Positions 19,947 through 29,616 of a stretch of 64,000 nucleotides of DNA are shown in pieces (within the stretch, counting starts at the first letter, position 1; each line of letters starts with the position of its first letter). The notes under the pieces were generated by a model, which was not told the origin of the DNA, did no database searches, and saw only the letters and a program-made list of their open reading frames with translations. The stretch is from Gemmatimonadota bacterium. Lineage in GTDB: Bacteria; Gemmatimonadota; Gemmatimonadetes; Longimicrobiales; Gaopeijiaceae. The translations under genes and the position numbers were made by a program. The stretch spans positions 2,048,001-2,112,000 of the forward strand of contig JAXHMG010000003.1 of the NCBI GenBank assembly GCA_034521595.1, given 5' to 3'.

Positions 19947-22499
19947 TCATCCGCACTCGCTGTAGCCGCACACGTGGCACGTCTTGCAGCCTTCCTCGAA
20001 GGCCAGCTGGCCGGAGCCGCAGTCGGGGCAAGCCCCCATGTCGAAGAGCTCCGGGCCGTGGTGCGTCGACGGGGACGGCTCCGGCCGAGCTCCGCCGTCG
20101 TTGCCCGACTCGGAGGACACGGGCACGCTCAGCGGGAGCGCCTCCTGCACGCCCTCCTTTTCCTCGAGATACCGTTCGATGGCCTGGCCGATGGCGTCGG
20201 GGGCCGAGAGCACCTTGTTGGGCCCGAGACCGACCGCACGGTCACAGGAGATCCCGCGGAGCTGATCCTTGACCTCTCGAATCGGGATGCCCGACCGCAG
20301 CCCGAGCGAGATGAGCCGCCCGATCGCCTCGGCGTCGGCCATGGCCGGCCCGCCCGCTTTGCCCAACGTACAGAAGACCTCGAACGGCCGGCCGCTCTCG
20401 TCCTCGTTGATCGTGACGTAGAGGTCCCCGAGCGGGGAGATCATCTTCATGGTGTAGCCCCGAAGCGCCTGCGGACGCTGACGCTTGTGGCGCGCGGCGC
20501 CGGCGCTCATGTCCTGATCTCGGAGCTCTCCGCGGAGCCGCTCGTTCTCGTAGCGCAGGTTGTGCGCTTCCTCACGGGCGTCCGCGACCTCGTGCTCGAG
20601 CTCGGAGATGTTCGCCGTGACCTCGGCGGGCACCTCGGTCTTCCCGGTCTTGCCCGTGGAGAGCACCTGGCCATCCCGCGAGCCGTCCCGATAAACCGTC
20701 ACCCCTTTGCAGTCGAGGCTGAACGCGAGCTCGTAGATCTCGCGGACGTGCTCCTGGGTCGCTTCCTTGGGGAAGTTGGTCGTCTTCGAGATGGCCGAAT
20801 CACAGTGCTCCTGGAAGGCGGCCTGCATGCGCACGTGCCACTCGGGCGTGATGTCGTGCGCGGTCCGGAACGTCTGCTGGATATACTCCGGGATCTCCTC
20901 GAAGTGGATGTGGCCTTCCTCGGCGATCCGTTCCATGAGCTCGTCGGTGTACCAGCCCCCTTCCTCGGCCAGGCGCACGAAGTCCGGATTGACGTCAGGC
21001 ATGACGGAGCCGGCCTGGTTCCGCATGAACGCGACCGCGAAGAGCGGCTCGATCCCCCCCGAGCATCCCGCGAAGATGGAAATGGTGCCGGTCGGCGCCA
21101 CGGTCGTGAGGTTGCAGTTCCTGAGGGGACGCTCGGGACGAATCCGGCTTCCGTCGGCGCGGCGCGCCGCCGTGTCGTCAGGGCCCCAGATGGACTGCTT
21201 CCACTCCGGAAAGACGCCACGCGTCTCGGCCAGCCGCTCCGAAGCCACGCGGGACTCCTCGCTCAAGAAGCCCATGACCTTCCGGGCGAGCGCGACGCCT
21301 TCCGCGGAGTCGTACGGAATTCCGAGACGGACCAGCATATCCGCCCAGCCCATGACCCCCAGCCCGATGCGGCGAATCCGCTGGGCGAGGTCGTGGATCT
21401 CCCGAAGCGGATACTGGTTGGCGTCGATCACGTTGTCGAGGAAGTGCGTGGAGAGATGCACCACCTGACGCAACGCTTCCCAGTCGATGCCCTCGTCGGG
21501 ATCGGTGCCCGGACGCGCCTCCGGCTTCACGAAGAGCCCGAGGTTCACGCTTCCCAGGTTGCAGACGTCGTACGGGAGCAGCGGTTGCTCGCCGCACGGG
21601 TTCGTGGCTTCGTAGCGGCCCAGGTGTGGCACGGGGTTGTACTCGTTCGCCCGGTCCACGAAGAACGTGCCCGGCTCACCGGTGCGCCACGCACCCTCCA
21701 CGATCAGATCGAAGATCTCGCGCGCGCTGTCCTGACCGACCACCGCCCCCGTCTTCGGGTTCACGAGGTCGTACGTCTCGTCCTTCGCGACCGCGTCCAT
21801 GAACGCGTCGGTGATCGCCACCGAGATGTTGAAGTTGGTGATCTGGGTCGTGTCGTTCTTGCACTCGATGAACCGACGGATGTCGGGATGGTCGACCCGA
21901 AGGATTCCCATGTTCGCGCCACGCCTGGTACCGCCCTGCTTCACCACGTCCGTGCTGGCGTCGTAGAGCCTCATGAACGAGACCGGACCGGAGGCGACTC
22001 CCATCGTTGAACGGACCGTCTCGCCCTCGGGCCGAAGGCGGGAGAACGAGAATCCGGTACCGCCCCCGGATTGGTGCACCAACGCCATGGAGCGGAGGGT
22101 GTCGTAGATGCCGCTCTTGCCGTTCGAGAGCGCGTCGTCGACGGGCAGCACGAAGCACGCGGAGAGCTGACCCAGCGGGCGTCCCGCGTTCATGAGGGTG
22201 GGCGAGTTCGGTTCGAACTTGCCGTTGATCATGAGGTCGTAGAACTGACGGGCGACCTCGTCCACGGCCGACTCGGAGGCGCCGTAGTCGGCGTCCACGT
22301 CCGCGATCGTCCGCGCCACGCGCCAGAACATGACCTCGGGCTCCTCGGTCGGCTGTCCCTCCGGATCCTTCTTCAAGTACCGCTTCGCGAGGACGATCCG
22401 GGCATTCTCCGTGAGCTCCGCCGGAGGAAGGTCGTCGGGAAGCGCGTCGTCGAAGATCACGGGCTCACGGGGCGGGCGCGGAGTGTGGATTCGAGGCAT
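19947..22499 (-). CDS. nrdJ: Class II (adenosylcobalamin-dependent) ribonucleotide reductase
   Basis: [59 protein letters not shown]-terminal TSCPD-like domain and Zn ribbon (CPDC..CHVC). Confidence 0.95.
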   Translation of the reverse strand: MPRIHTPRPPREPVIFDDALPDDLPPAELTENARIVLAKRYLKKDPEGQPTEEPEVMFWRVARTIADVDADYGASESAVDEVARQFYDLMINGKFEPNSPTLMNAGRPLGQLSACFVLPVDDALSNGKSGIYDTLRSMALVHQSGGGTGFSFSRLRPEGETVRSTMGVASGPVSFMRLYDASTDVVKQGGTRRGANMGILRVDHPDIRRFIECKNDTTQITNFNISVAITDAFMDAVAKDETYDLVNPKTGAVVGQDSAREIFDLIVEGAWRTGEPGTFFVDRANEYNPVPHLGRYEATNPCGEQPLLPYDVCNLGSVNLGLFVKPEARPGTDPDEGIDWEALRQVVHLSTHFLDNVIDANQYPLREIHDLAQRIRRIGLGVMGWADMLVRLGIPYDSAEGVALARKVMGFLSEESRVASERLAETRGVFPEWKQSIWGPDDTAARRADGSRIRPERPLRNCNLTTVAPTGTISIFAGCSGGIEPLFAVAFMRNQAGSVMPDVNPDFVRLAEEGGWYTDELMERIAEEGHIHFEEIPEYIQQTFRTAHDITPEWHVRMQAAFQEHCDSAISKTTNFPKEATQEHVREIYELAFSLDCKGVTVYRDGSRDGQVLSTGKTGKTEVPAEVTANISELEHEVADAREEAHNLRYENERLRGELRDQDMSAGAARHKRQRPQALRGYTMKMISPLGDLYVTINEDESGRPFEVFCTLGKAGGPAMADAEAIGRLISLGLRSGIPIREVKDQLRGISCDRAVGLGPNKVLSAPDAIGQAIERYLEEKEGVQEALPLSVPVSSESGNDGGARPEPSPSTHHGPELFDMGACPDCGSGQLAFEEGCKTCHVCGYSECG

Positions 22500-22626
22500 G
22501 GTGTGCGGTACTCCTCGTGCGGGTGGCGCTGTGGAAAAGCGGCGTGGAAAACGTTGGACACGACGTCGAAAACCGGCGGGAGACCGCCCGCGCCGTGGTG
22601 CTGCCTGTAGAATGCCGCGCCGGCTC

Positions 22627-22677
22627 CCACCGGATATGGGGCAGGGGCACAATAGGGGCCCAATATCTTGTGGTCAA
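22627..22677 (-). promoter_or_regulatory. nrdJ sigma70 promoter overlapped by tandem NrdR boxes
   Basis: TTGACC (22677-22672)-N17-TATTGT (22654-22649); boxes gccCAATATCTTGtgg (22658-22673) and weaker ccaCCGGATATGGggc (22627-22642), 31 bp apart. Confidence 0.85.
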
Positions 22678-22870
22678 GCACGTCCGGGCACCGCCCATGT
22701 CCAGAACGCCGAAAAGGCCCGGCCGGGGCGGATTCGCGGCGTGCGGGCGTCACGCCCGACGTCGCGGCGCGTGCCGCAGCACCGGTCTCGCACCGGGGGC
22801 CTGACGACTGATGTGCACACTACGGAGGCATACACTTCGGCGCCTGTTCGGTCCCCCGGATGTCTCCGGC

Positions 22871-22898
22871 CCAGGGGGCCAGGGGGCCAAGGGGCCAG
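22871..22898. repeat. Short 8-bp tandem repeat (CCAGGGGG, about 3.5 copies)
   Basis: ccaggggg ccaggggg ccaagggg ccag, intergenic. Confidence 0.6.
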
Positions 22899-22949
22899 CA
22901 GCCCGTGGCAGGCGTCCGGCGGCCGTCGTTGGGAGCGCGCTACGAGCCG

Positions 22950-25900
22950 TTAGAAGGAGAGGCCGAGCCGTACGTACACGCTGGGACCGCCGCCTCCGAC
23001 GAGGGGTTGGGCGAGCCCCACGCGCGTCAGCAACGGGAAGTCGTAGAGCGCGACGACCTCGGCGGCCACCTCGGCTCCGACCGAAGCGAGGGGGCGTCGC
23101 GCCGCGCTCAGAAACGCCTCGGTCGTGTCCGGATCCCAGGCATCTCCCGCGTCGGCGAAGAGCGCACCCACGACCCGTCCCAGATAGAGCGGCCACGTGC
23201 CCAGCCCCCGATGGACCAGCCGAAGGGGAAAGCGATACTCGCCCGAAGCGGTCCAGGCGTACCGGCCCAGGCGCGACTGCCTCGGATAACCCCGGGCCCC
23301 GAAGAAGAGCGGTGATCCCCCGAAGAGGCGGAGTCCGCTCAGCGTCTCGGGCCGCCCCGAGGCGCCACCGACCTCGAAATGTCCGCCGGGAGCGTTGGGT
23401 CCCCCCGCGACTCCACCGGTGAGCTGGACCGCGAGCAGGTGCGAAGCGTGCCCGCGCCCGCCGAGCGGCACGTATCCACGCGCCCGTCCAACCACGTCGT
23501 CCACCGAACGATCCCGTCCGACGACGCCGCGCACGGAGTCGGGCGCATTGAGCTCCTGTCGTGACCGGCCGCTGAGAAAGAGATCGACGCCCTTCGAGCT
23601 CCCCACCTGAAACGCGTGCGACCTCGCAGTCGAGTACGAAACCGTGCCACGGACGTCCACGAGGTCGACGCTCGGACGTGCGAGACGATAGGACGTCGCA
23701 GCCCGGAGGTCGTTGTTCAGAAGCGTCCGTGCCTCCTCCACCAGGCCCGCGGTCACGGTGAGCTCCAACCGGTCGCGCCAGGACGGCACGCGGAACCGGC
23801 CCGACGCCGAGACGGAGCGCTCTCGCTCCAAGACGAAGAGGGTATCGGGGGCCGCCTCCGGATCGGAGCGTCCGAGGCGCACTCCGTCGTCGTCCCAGTG
23901 CTGCGACGCACTCAAGGAAAGCACGGGGTTGCCCAGCCCCCAGTACGCGTACGCCAGCCCACCTTCCACCTTCCCGCCGCTCGTGAACACGCGTCCGAAG
24001 GCATCGTAAGCGTGACGCCCGGCAATGTCGCGACTACCGGTCTGGGCGCCGACCCCGAAGCCGAGCAGCTCCCGTTCACGGATCGGCCCTTCCGAGGTCG
24101 ACTGGGCGGGTGTGCGCACGGGCGCCCGCAGCAATGGCTTCCAGTACCGTGGCAAGAGCGTGGGAATGGGCGAATACGCCTCCACCTCGCCCGTGGCCGC
24201 ACCGCCCTCGAACGGCCGCTCACGCTCGAAACGAGCGTGAGGTGGGGGCGCCTCGGGTGCGGCTCGAGGCTCGAACGGCATGCGCGCCACGTCCCACCCC
24301 TCGGCGTGATAAGCGCTATAGTGGAGGTGGCGCCCCGTCGGGTCGATCGACGGGAAGTTCACGCCGGTCCGGACGTTGCTGAGCAGCCGTGGCGGACCCG
24401 ACGTTCCCGTGTCGGGATCGAATGACGCGGCGAGCACGTTCAGAATTCCGGTTCGATCCGACGCCCAGACGACCCAGCGTCCGTCGGGGGACCAGCTCGG
24501 AGCCAGGTCGAGCGCCCGGTCGCTCGTGAGCTCCGCACGCACCGTGCCGGTTTCCGCGTCGAGCACGACCACGTCGTGCGCTCCGCCGCGCACCCTTCGC
24601 GTCGCCGCCACGAACGCCCCGTCCGGCGAGACGGCCGGGTCGCCCCAGTGCACGGCCCCGTCGGGCTCCGAGAGCGACGCCACGGATCCGTCCACGAGGC
24701 TTACGCGCACGAGCTCGCTGGTGCCTCCCCCTTCCTGCACGGCCACGGCCCATGTGCCGTCCGGACCTGCCGCCGGCTGCGCGAGACGGGCGGCGCGCGT
24801 CACACGCCGCGTCCGCCCGTCCGGTTCCACGAGGTAGAGATCACCGTAGACGCGGTACGGATCCTCGCGCTCGAGCTGCCCAACCAGAAGCCGCCCATCG
24901 GGCATCCAGTCGAACGAGGCCACTCCGTTGACCCTGACCGAGGCCGCGCGGCCCGCGCCCTGCACGGGCTCGAGCACGATACGGGTGTCCGACCGTCCGT
25001 CGGAGCGGACGTAGGCGAGCGTGCCGGCCGGGCCGACTTGGGGCTCGACGGCCCAACGAGCTCCGCTCGTGACCCAATGGGGTTCGGTGACGGAGCCGAG
25101 ATCGGCGAGCCGCTCCTCGAGGTCCGCATAGCGGGCCTCGAGGGAATCCGCCCATTCCCTCCATGCGTCGGAGAACGACACGTCGAACGCGTCCTGCGCC
25201 GCCGCGTCCAGCCGATACGGGACCCATTGACCCGCGACCGCCTCCGCGAAGGCCGCCATGCGATCCTCTCCGTGCCGCTCGAGCATGTGCTCGAAGAAGA
25301 GAGAGCCGTAGAGATACGGGCGGTTTCCCGCCGGCCATACGGGGGATGAAGCGGAGGCCTGCCCCACCCCCTCGAAGCGGTCTCCGAGCACGGCGGTCCG
25401 GATCTGCATCTCGTGGAACGTCCCGCGGAGGCGACCCGCATCCGTGAGCGCCGACTCGTACCACGTCGCGATCCCCTCCTTGACCCACCGCGGTGTGCCG
25501 TGGCCCGGGAAGAAGGGCCAGCGGGTCGGAACGCGTCCGAACACTGCCCGCAGGATCTGGCCGAGGGGGTTGTCCGTGGGGTCGAGGTGGACCACGTGCG
25601 CGAGCTCGTGCGTCAGCACCAGCTCCAACCAGTCGTCGAAATAACCCAACCCGGGCTCGTCGACCGGTGGGCGCGCGTAGATCGTGATGCGGTTCGACGG
25701 CGTCACGCGCGCGAAGCCGTTGGAGATGTCGGTGTGGTCGGTCAGCAGGATGTCGATCGTGCCCTCCGGCGCCGCCAGGAACGCCGAATCGAGCGCCGAA
25801 AGGGCGACTTCGGTTCGGTGCGCGGCTCGACGTCCGAGCGCCTCGAGCCGAGCCGGGAAGGTGACCCGAGCCCGCTCCGTCGAGATCGTCCGCCAGTCCT

Positions 25901-26054
25901 CGTCGGGCGGTGCCTGTTGGGCCTGACCCGTCGCACCGAAGGCCAGGAGCCCGGCGAGCGCCATCGCCACGGGTGCCACCCACCGTACCTTGCCGACAAG
26001 CCAAATCCGCGCGACCGTTCTGATAGTTCTTCTCCACATCTTCGGCTGGATCAT
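22950..26054 (-). CDS. Omp85-like protein with N-terminal HEXXH metallopeptidase-like domain and PD40/TolB-like propeller
   Basis: THELAH..WVKEGIA; PAVSPDG and PSWSPDG repeats; ARGY loop and terminal YVRLGLSF. Start uncertain (possibly GTG 25979). Confidence 0.78.
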   Translation of the reverse strand: MIQPKMWRRTIRTVARIWLVGKVRWVAPVAMALAGLLAFGATGQAQQAPPDEDWRTISTERARVTFPARLEALGRRAAHRTEVALSALDSAFLAAPEGTIDILLTDHTDISNGFARVTPSNRITIYARPPVDEPGLGYFDDWLELVLTHELAHVVHLDPTDNPLGQILRAVFGRVPTRWPFFPGHGTPRWVKEGIATWYESALTDAGRLRGTFHEMQIRTAVLGDRFEGVGQASASSPVWPAGNRPYLYGSLFFEHMLERHGEDRMAAFAEAVAGQWVPYRLDAAAQDAFDVSFSDAWREWADSLEARYADLEERLADLGSVTEPHWVTSGARWAVEPQVGPAGTLAYVRSDGRSDTRIVLEPVQGAGRAASVRVNGVASFDWMPDGRLLVGQLEREDPYRVYGDLYLVEPDGRTRRVTRAARLAQPAAGPDGTWAVAVQEGGGTSELVRVSLVDGSVASLSEPDGAVHWGDPAVSPDGAFVAATRRVRGGAHDVVVLDAETGTVRAELTSDRALDLAPSWSPDGRWVVWASDRTGILNVLAASFDPDTGTSGPPRLLSNVRTGVNFPSIDPTGRHLHYSAYHAEGWDVARMPFEPRAAPEAPPPHARFERERPFEGGAATGEVEAYSPIPTLLPRYWKPLLRAPVRTPAQSTSEGPIRERELLGFGVGAQTGSRDIAGRHAYDAFGRVFTSGGKVEGGLAYAYWGLGNPVLSLSASQHWDDDGVRLGRSDPEAAPDTLFVLERERSVSASGRFRVPSWRDRLELTVTAGLVEEARTLLNNDLRAATSYRLARPSVDLVDVRGTVSYSTARSHAFQVGSSKGVDLFLSGRSRQELNAPDSVRGVVGRDRSVDDVVGRARGYVPLGGRGHASHLLAVQLTGGVAGGPNAPGGHFEVGGASGRPETLSGLRLFGGSPLFFGARGYPRQSRLGRYAWTASGEYRFPLRLVHRGLGTWPLYLGRVVGALFADAGDAWDPDTTEAFLSAARRPLASVGAEVAAEVVALYDFPLLTRVGLAQPLVGGGGPSVYVRLGLSF

Positions 26055-26059
26055 CGATC

Positions 26060-26770
26060 ATGTCCTCCGACACCCGACTCTGGTACCGACTCGGCTACCT
26101 GCTCGAGCGCCAGGGCAGCCGGCCCGCCGAAGTGGGTCATGCCCTGTCCGCCTTCAAGACACGCCTCCGCGAAGGAGCCGCCGGTCCCGCGTCCGACCGA
26201 AAGAACGAACCCGGAAACCCGTCCGACCGCACGCGGTCGTTCCCACTCCCTTCCTCCGATCAACTGATAGCCGCCGGGCTCACGGCGCTCGGCGGTCGGC
26301 TCCTCGCCGCCTGGAAGCCGCGCCACGGGACCGACGTCATGGACCTCGTCCGCTCGGGGCTGGCCGGCGTGGGCGCGGCGTTCGTGGTCGAGTTGGCTCG
26401 CCCGCTCCTCCGAGGCGAGCGCACGCTGCCCTCCCTCGACCAGAGCACGCTCGATCGGCTGCTCACCGGGCTGGCACAAGGACTGGTCTACGGCGCCGTG
26501 GTCGAGCCCAGGCTGGCCGGGCCGGGCGCGTTGAGGGGCGCGGTGTACGGCGTGGCCGAATACGCGGCGGTACCCGCGGGCGGTCTGTCCCGGATGTTCG
26601 GCCGTGCCACGCCTCAAGGTCGGATCCCCGTCGTGGGGCGGGCGTTGGACGGCTTCGACGGCCGGGACCGAGCGTTTCTCGAGCATCTGGCGTTCGGGGT
26701 CGTCATCGGGGTGCTCTACCGCGGTGAGCGGGAAAACAGCGGTATCAGGGAGGAGGTGGCGGGCGCGTGA
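26060..26770 (+). CDS. Hypothetical membrane protein
   Basis: Coding-like ORF with hydrophobic segments (GLVYGAVV, GAVYG, HLAFGVVIG); overlaps the convergent gene end by 55 bp. Confidence 0.7.
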   Translation: MSSDTRLWYRLGYLLERQGSRPAEVGHALSAFKTRLREGAAGPASDRKNEPGNPSDRTRSFPLPSSDQLIAAGLTALGGRLLAAWKPRHGTDVMDLVRSGLAGVGAAFVVELARPLLRGERTLPSLDQSTLDRLLTGLAQGLVYGAVVEPRLAGPGALRGAVYGVAEYAAVPAGGLSRMFGRATPQGRIPVVGRALDGFDGRDRAFLEHLAFGVVIGVLYRGERENSGIREEVAGA

Positions 26771-28392
26771 CCTCCGTCGTCCGCCCCCTCGACAACATAG
26801 CTCCCGGGGCACCGAGGAATCGATACACTCCCGTCTCGTGACACGTCTCCGGAGCCGCGCTCGTCCTTCGGAAGGATCCCGAGGAGCTGGGCACCGCCCC
26901 CCGAGCCCGCACCGAAGTCCCGCACGAAGCAGAACGCCCCCGGCCTGGACCGGACCGCGGCCCCGACGAAGCGGCTCGCCTGTACGTCCCACCGGTCCAG
27001 AAGCACATAGCGCGCCCCCACCGCGTCGGCTTCATCGAGCTGCACGTCCGGATCGCCGTCGAACGGGAAGGTCCGACTCGGGACCCCACCGCTCATGACG
27101 TAGAAGATCCGGGGCTTGCGGGTCATCACGGCCGACCCCTCCGGCAACGTCCGGCCCATCCACTCCGCCGCACCTGCGAATTCGGCCACGCCCTCCCCGT
27201 AACAGGCGAACGGACCCGACGTGGCCGCGGCCGACGCACAGGCCCGTGCGTCTCGGACCGTCCCAAGCCAACTCCCCAGCGCGGGCAGGAGCAGGAGGAC
27301 CAGCGCTGCGGCCGCGACGACCCGGGCGCCCCCACCCATCCGGCGGGTCCAACCCTGGAGCGCGACCGTTCCGTACACGAGGCAGAGCGGGAGCACGGGC
27401 AGCACGAAGCGATCACCACCCCACACTTCCGGCCAGACGAGAATCAGCGCGACGTAGAGCGGAAGGAAAAGCTCCGCGGCCCCCGGAGCCTTCCGGATCT
27501 TCGCTCCCCATCCCCACGCGACCGCCACCACGAGGCCGATGCCGAGCGCCATCGTCCAGGCGCCCTGCGCGCCCACCACGGCATCGGGTAGGTGTCCGGT
27601 GACGTAGGTGACCGCGTTCCCGACCGCTCGGCCGGCCAACCCGGCCACCCCGACCGTCCCGAGACCGGGCTGGTAGGGATCCACCATCCAGAACTCCGAG
27701 ACGTAATCCCCCACCCCCTCGCCCCGTCCCCGAATCCACCACGCCACCGCGGGGAGCACGAACACGGCCGCGGCGACCGCCAGGGTTCGGAATCGGCGGC
27801 GAAGCGCCAGCCACCCGAGCACGGCGATCAGGAGCGGGAGGCCGGCCGAGCGGGTGAAGTAGGCGGCCAGCGCCGCGCCCAGCCCGAGGGCGATCCAGCC
27901 CCGATGCCACGAGCGCGCCTCCCCGGTCTCGAGCGCCCAGAGCGAGACGAGGATCAGCAAGACGAACACCGGGTCCGAGAGGATCCAGTGGCTGTAATAG
28001 ACCACGGCCGGCGCGGCGGCGACCAGGACGGCGACCGCGAAGGCGCTCCAGGGGCCGAGACGACGCTCGGCCCACACGAAGCTGAACCCGACCATCAGGA
28101 CCGTCGCGACCGCCACCACCCCTTTGAACACGGGCCAGGTGGCCGCCCCGAGCAACGCGAAGCCGGCGAGCAGCGCGGGAAAGAGGGGTGGGTACTTCGT
28201 ATGCGGCTGGTCGGCGGGGTCGTAGGCGTCGACGTAGCCCCGGCCGTTCGCGAGCGCGTCCGCGAGCGCCAGGTAGGCCGCGTTGTCGCCGCCGCTGTGC
28301 GGGGCCGGATTGAAGGCCCACGCCACGAGCCCGGCCGCCACGGCGACCGCGGCGGCGAGCAGCGACCAACGGAGCGGTCCGCGCATCGTCAC
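26716..28392 (-). CDS. GT-C fold (ArnT/PMT-like) membrane glycosyltransferase
   Basis: GGDNAAYLALA..GRGY..KYPPLFP, ILSDPVF, YFTRSAG, DRFVLP; many TM helices; coupled to murQ. Confidence 0.8.
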   Translation of the reverse strand: MTMRGPLRWSLLAAAVAVAAGLVAWAFNPAPHSGGDNAAYLALADALANGRGYVDAYDPADQPHTKYPPLFPALLAGFALLGAATWPVFKGVVAVATVLMVGFSFVWAERRLGPWSAFAVAVLVAAAPAVVYYSHWILSDPVFVLLILVSLWALETGEARSWHRGWIALGLGAALAAYFTRSAGLPLLIAVLGWLALRRRFRTLAVAAAVFVLPAVAWWIRGRGEGVGDYVSEFWMVDPYQPGLGTVGVAGLAGRAVGNAVTYVTGHLPDAVVGAQGAWTMALGIGLVVAVAWGWGAKIRKAPGAAELFLPLYVALILVWPEVWGGDRFVLPVLPLCLVYGTVALQGWTRRMGGGARVVAAAALVLLLLPALGSWLGTVRDARACASAAATSGPFACYGEGVAEFAGAAEWMGRTLPEGSAVMTRKPRIFYVMSGGVPSRTFPFDGDPDVQLDEADAVGARYVLLDRWDVQASRFVGAAVRSRPGAFCFVRDFGAGSGGGAQLLGILPKDERGSGDVSRDGSVSIPRCPGSYVVEGADDGGHAPATSSLIPLFSRSPR

Positions 28393-29291
28393 CCGGACGG
28401 TGCCTCCAGCGCCCGGGCCACGACGCCGCCGTGCGCGGCGAGCCGTTCCCGAGCCTCCGCGGCGTCGATGCCCAGCTGCCCCATGACGAGGGCCGTCTTC
28501 ACGTGCCCCTCCGCGCGCGCCAGCAGATGCGCGGCGTCATCCCGGGACACCTCCAGGAGGGCCACCAGGATGCGTTCGGCGCGGTCCTGGAGCTTCGAAC
28601 AGGTGACCTGGAGATCGACCATGAGGTTGCCGTGGACCTTTCCCAGCCGGACCATGGCGCCCGTGCTGATCGTGTTGAGCACGAGCTTGGTCGCGGTACC
28701 GGCTTTCATGCGCGTCGATCCGGTCACGACCTCGGGTCCCACGAGCGGAGCGATCACCACGTCGTGCGTGGCGAGGAGCTCCGCGCTCGGCGGCGTGCAC
28801 AGGAAGAACCCGGTCCGGGCGCCGAGCGTGCGGGACCGCTCCAGCGCGCCGTGCACGAAAGGCGTCGTGCCCGAGGTAGCGATGCCCAACACGAAATCCT
28901 CCGGGCCCACGCCGAGCTCGTCCACGGCCTCCGCCCCGTCGCCGGGCACGTCCTCAGCCCCTTCCCGGGCTCGCACCAGCGCCTCGTGCCCGCCGGCGAT
29001 CACCCCACGGACGAGGTCCGGGGACGTACCGTACGTTGGCGGCATCTCGGCGGCGTCGAGCACACCGAGCCGGCCCGAGGTGCCCGCCCCGACGTAGATG
29101 AGCCTCCCGCCACCGCGGAACGCCGCCTCGGCGAGATCCACCGCCCGTGCCACGTCGTGCCGGACCTCCCAGATCGCGTCCGGGACCCGGCGGTCCTCGG
29201 CATTGATCAGCTCGACGAGCTCGAGCGCGTCGAGCTCGTCCATCCGCTCGGAGCGCTCGTTCCGTTGTTCGGTCAGGCGTGTATCGAGCAT
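28389..29291 (-). CDS. murQ: N-acetylmuramic acid 6-phosphate etherase
   Basis: TEQRN, YVGAGTSGRLGVLDAAEMPPTYG, EGAED, GPEVVTGSTRMKAGTATKLVLN, GNLMVD. Confidence 0.96.
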   Translation of the reverse strand: MLDTRLTEQRNERSERMDELDALELVELINAEDRRVPDAIWEVRHDVARAVDLAEAAFRGGGRLIYVGAGTSGRLGVLDAAEMPPTYGTSPDLVRGVIAGGHEALVRAREGAEDVPGDGAEAVDELGVGPEDFVLGIATSGTTPFVHGALERSRTLGARTGFFLCTPPSAELLATHDVVIAPLVGPEVVTGSTRMKAGTATKLVLNTISTGAMVRLGKVHGNLMVDLQVTCSKLQDRAERILVALLEVSRDDAAHLLARAEGHVKTALVMGQLGIDAAEARERLAAHGGVVARALEAPSG

Positions 29292-29340
29292 GCGCTTGTA
29301 CGTCCTCCCGCCTACACTGATCTTCTTGAAGGAGAAGCTA

Positions 29341-29616
29341 GTGGGCTCCGCCCGGCGGCGTCCACTTCGCGCCGGCTCGCGGCGCGCCCGCGGACCTTCC
29401 ACCCCACGACCGATGGCGCCCTCGTCCCGCTCCGTCCTCTCCGTGGCGCTCGGCACCGTGCTCGTGTTGAGCGCCTTCCTCGCGTGCGGGCCCCAGGACG
29501 CGTCCAGGTTCTCCGCGGACTGGCCATACCCCGAAGGTGGGGAGCCGGTCGTCACCGAGATGGAGCGCGGCGATCGTATCCGGACCACCGATCGCCGGAA
29601 GCCCGCGCATGGGTGA
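29341..29616 (+). pseudogene. Short lipoprotein-signal ORF, possibly a truncated relic (ggt-like N-terminus)
   Basis: AAGGAG RBS plus GTG; lipobox FLAC; only about 42 aa of mature sequence before ending in the ABC gene start. Family identity is a weak recollection. Confidence 0.35.

Noticed and set aside
19947-22499. Intein or intron in nrdJ
   Set aside because: Catalytic motifs are contiguous; no C..HN-C/S/T splice junctions or endonuclease insert seen.
22871-22898. CRISPR array or G-quadruplex
   Set aside because: 8-bp units without spacers; only three close G-runs.
22500-22949. Cobalamin riboswitch upstream of nrdJ
   Set aside because: No B12-box-like motifs recognised; NrdR boxes explain the regulation.
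26040-26060. Divergent starts only 5 bp apart
   Set aside because: More likely the Omp85-like gene starts further downstream (e.g. GTG 25979), leaving room for promoters.
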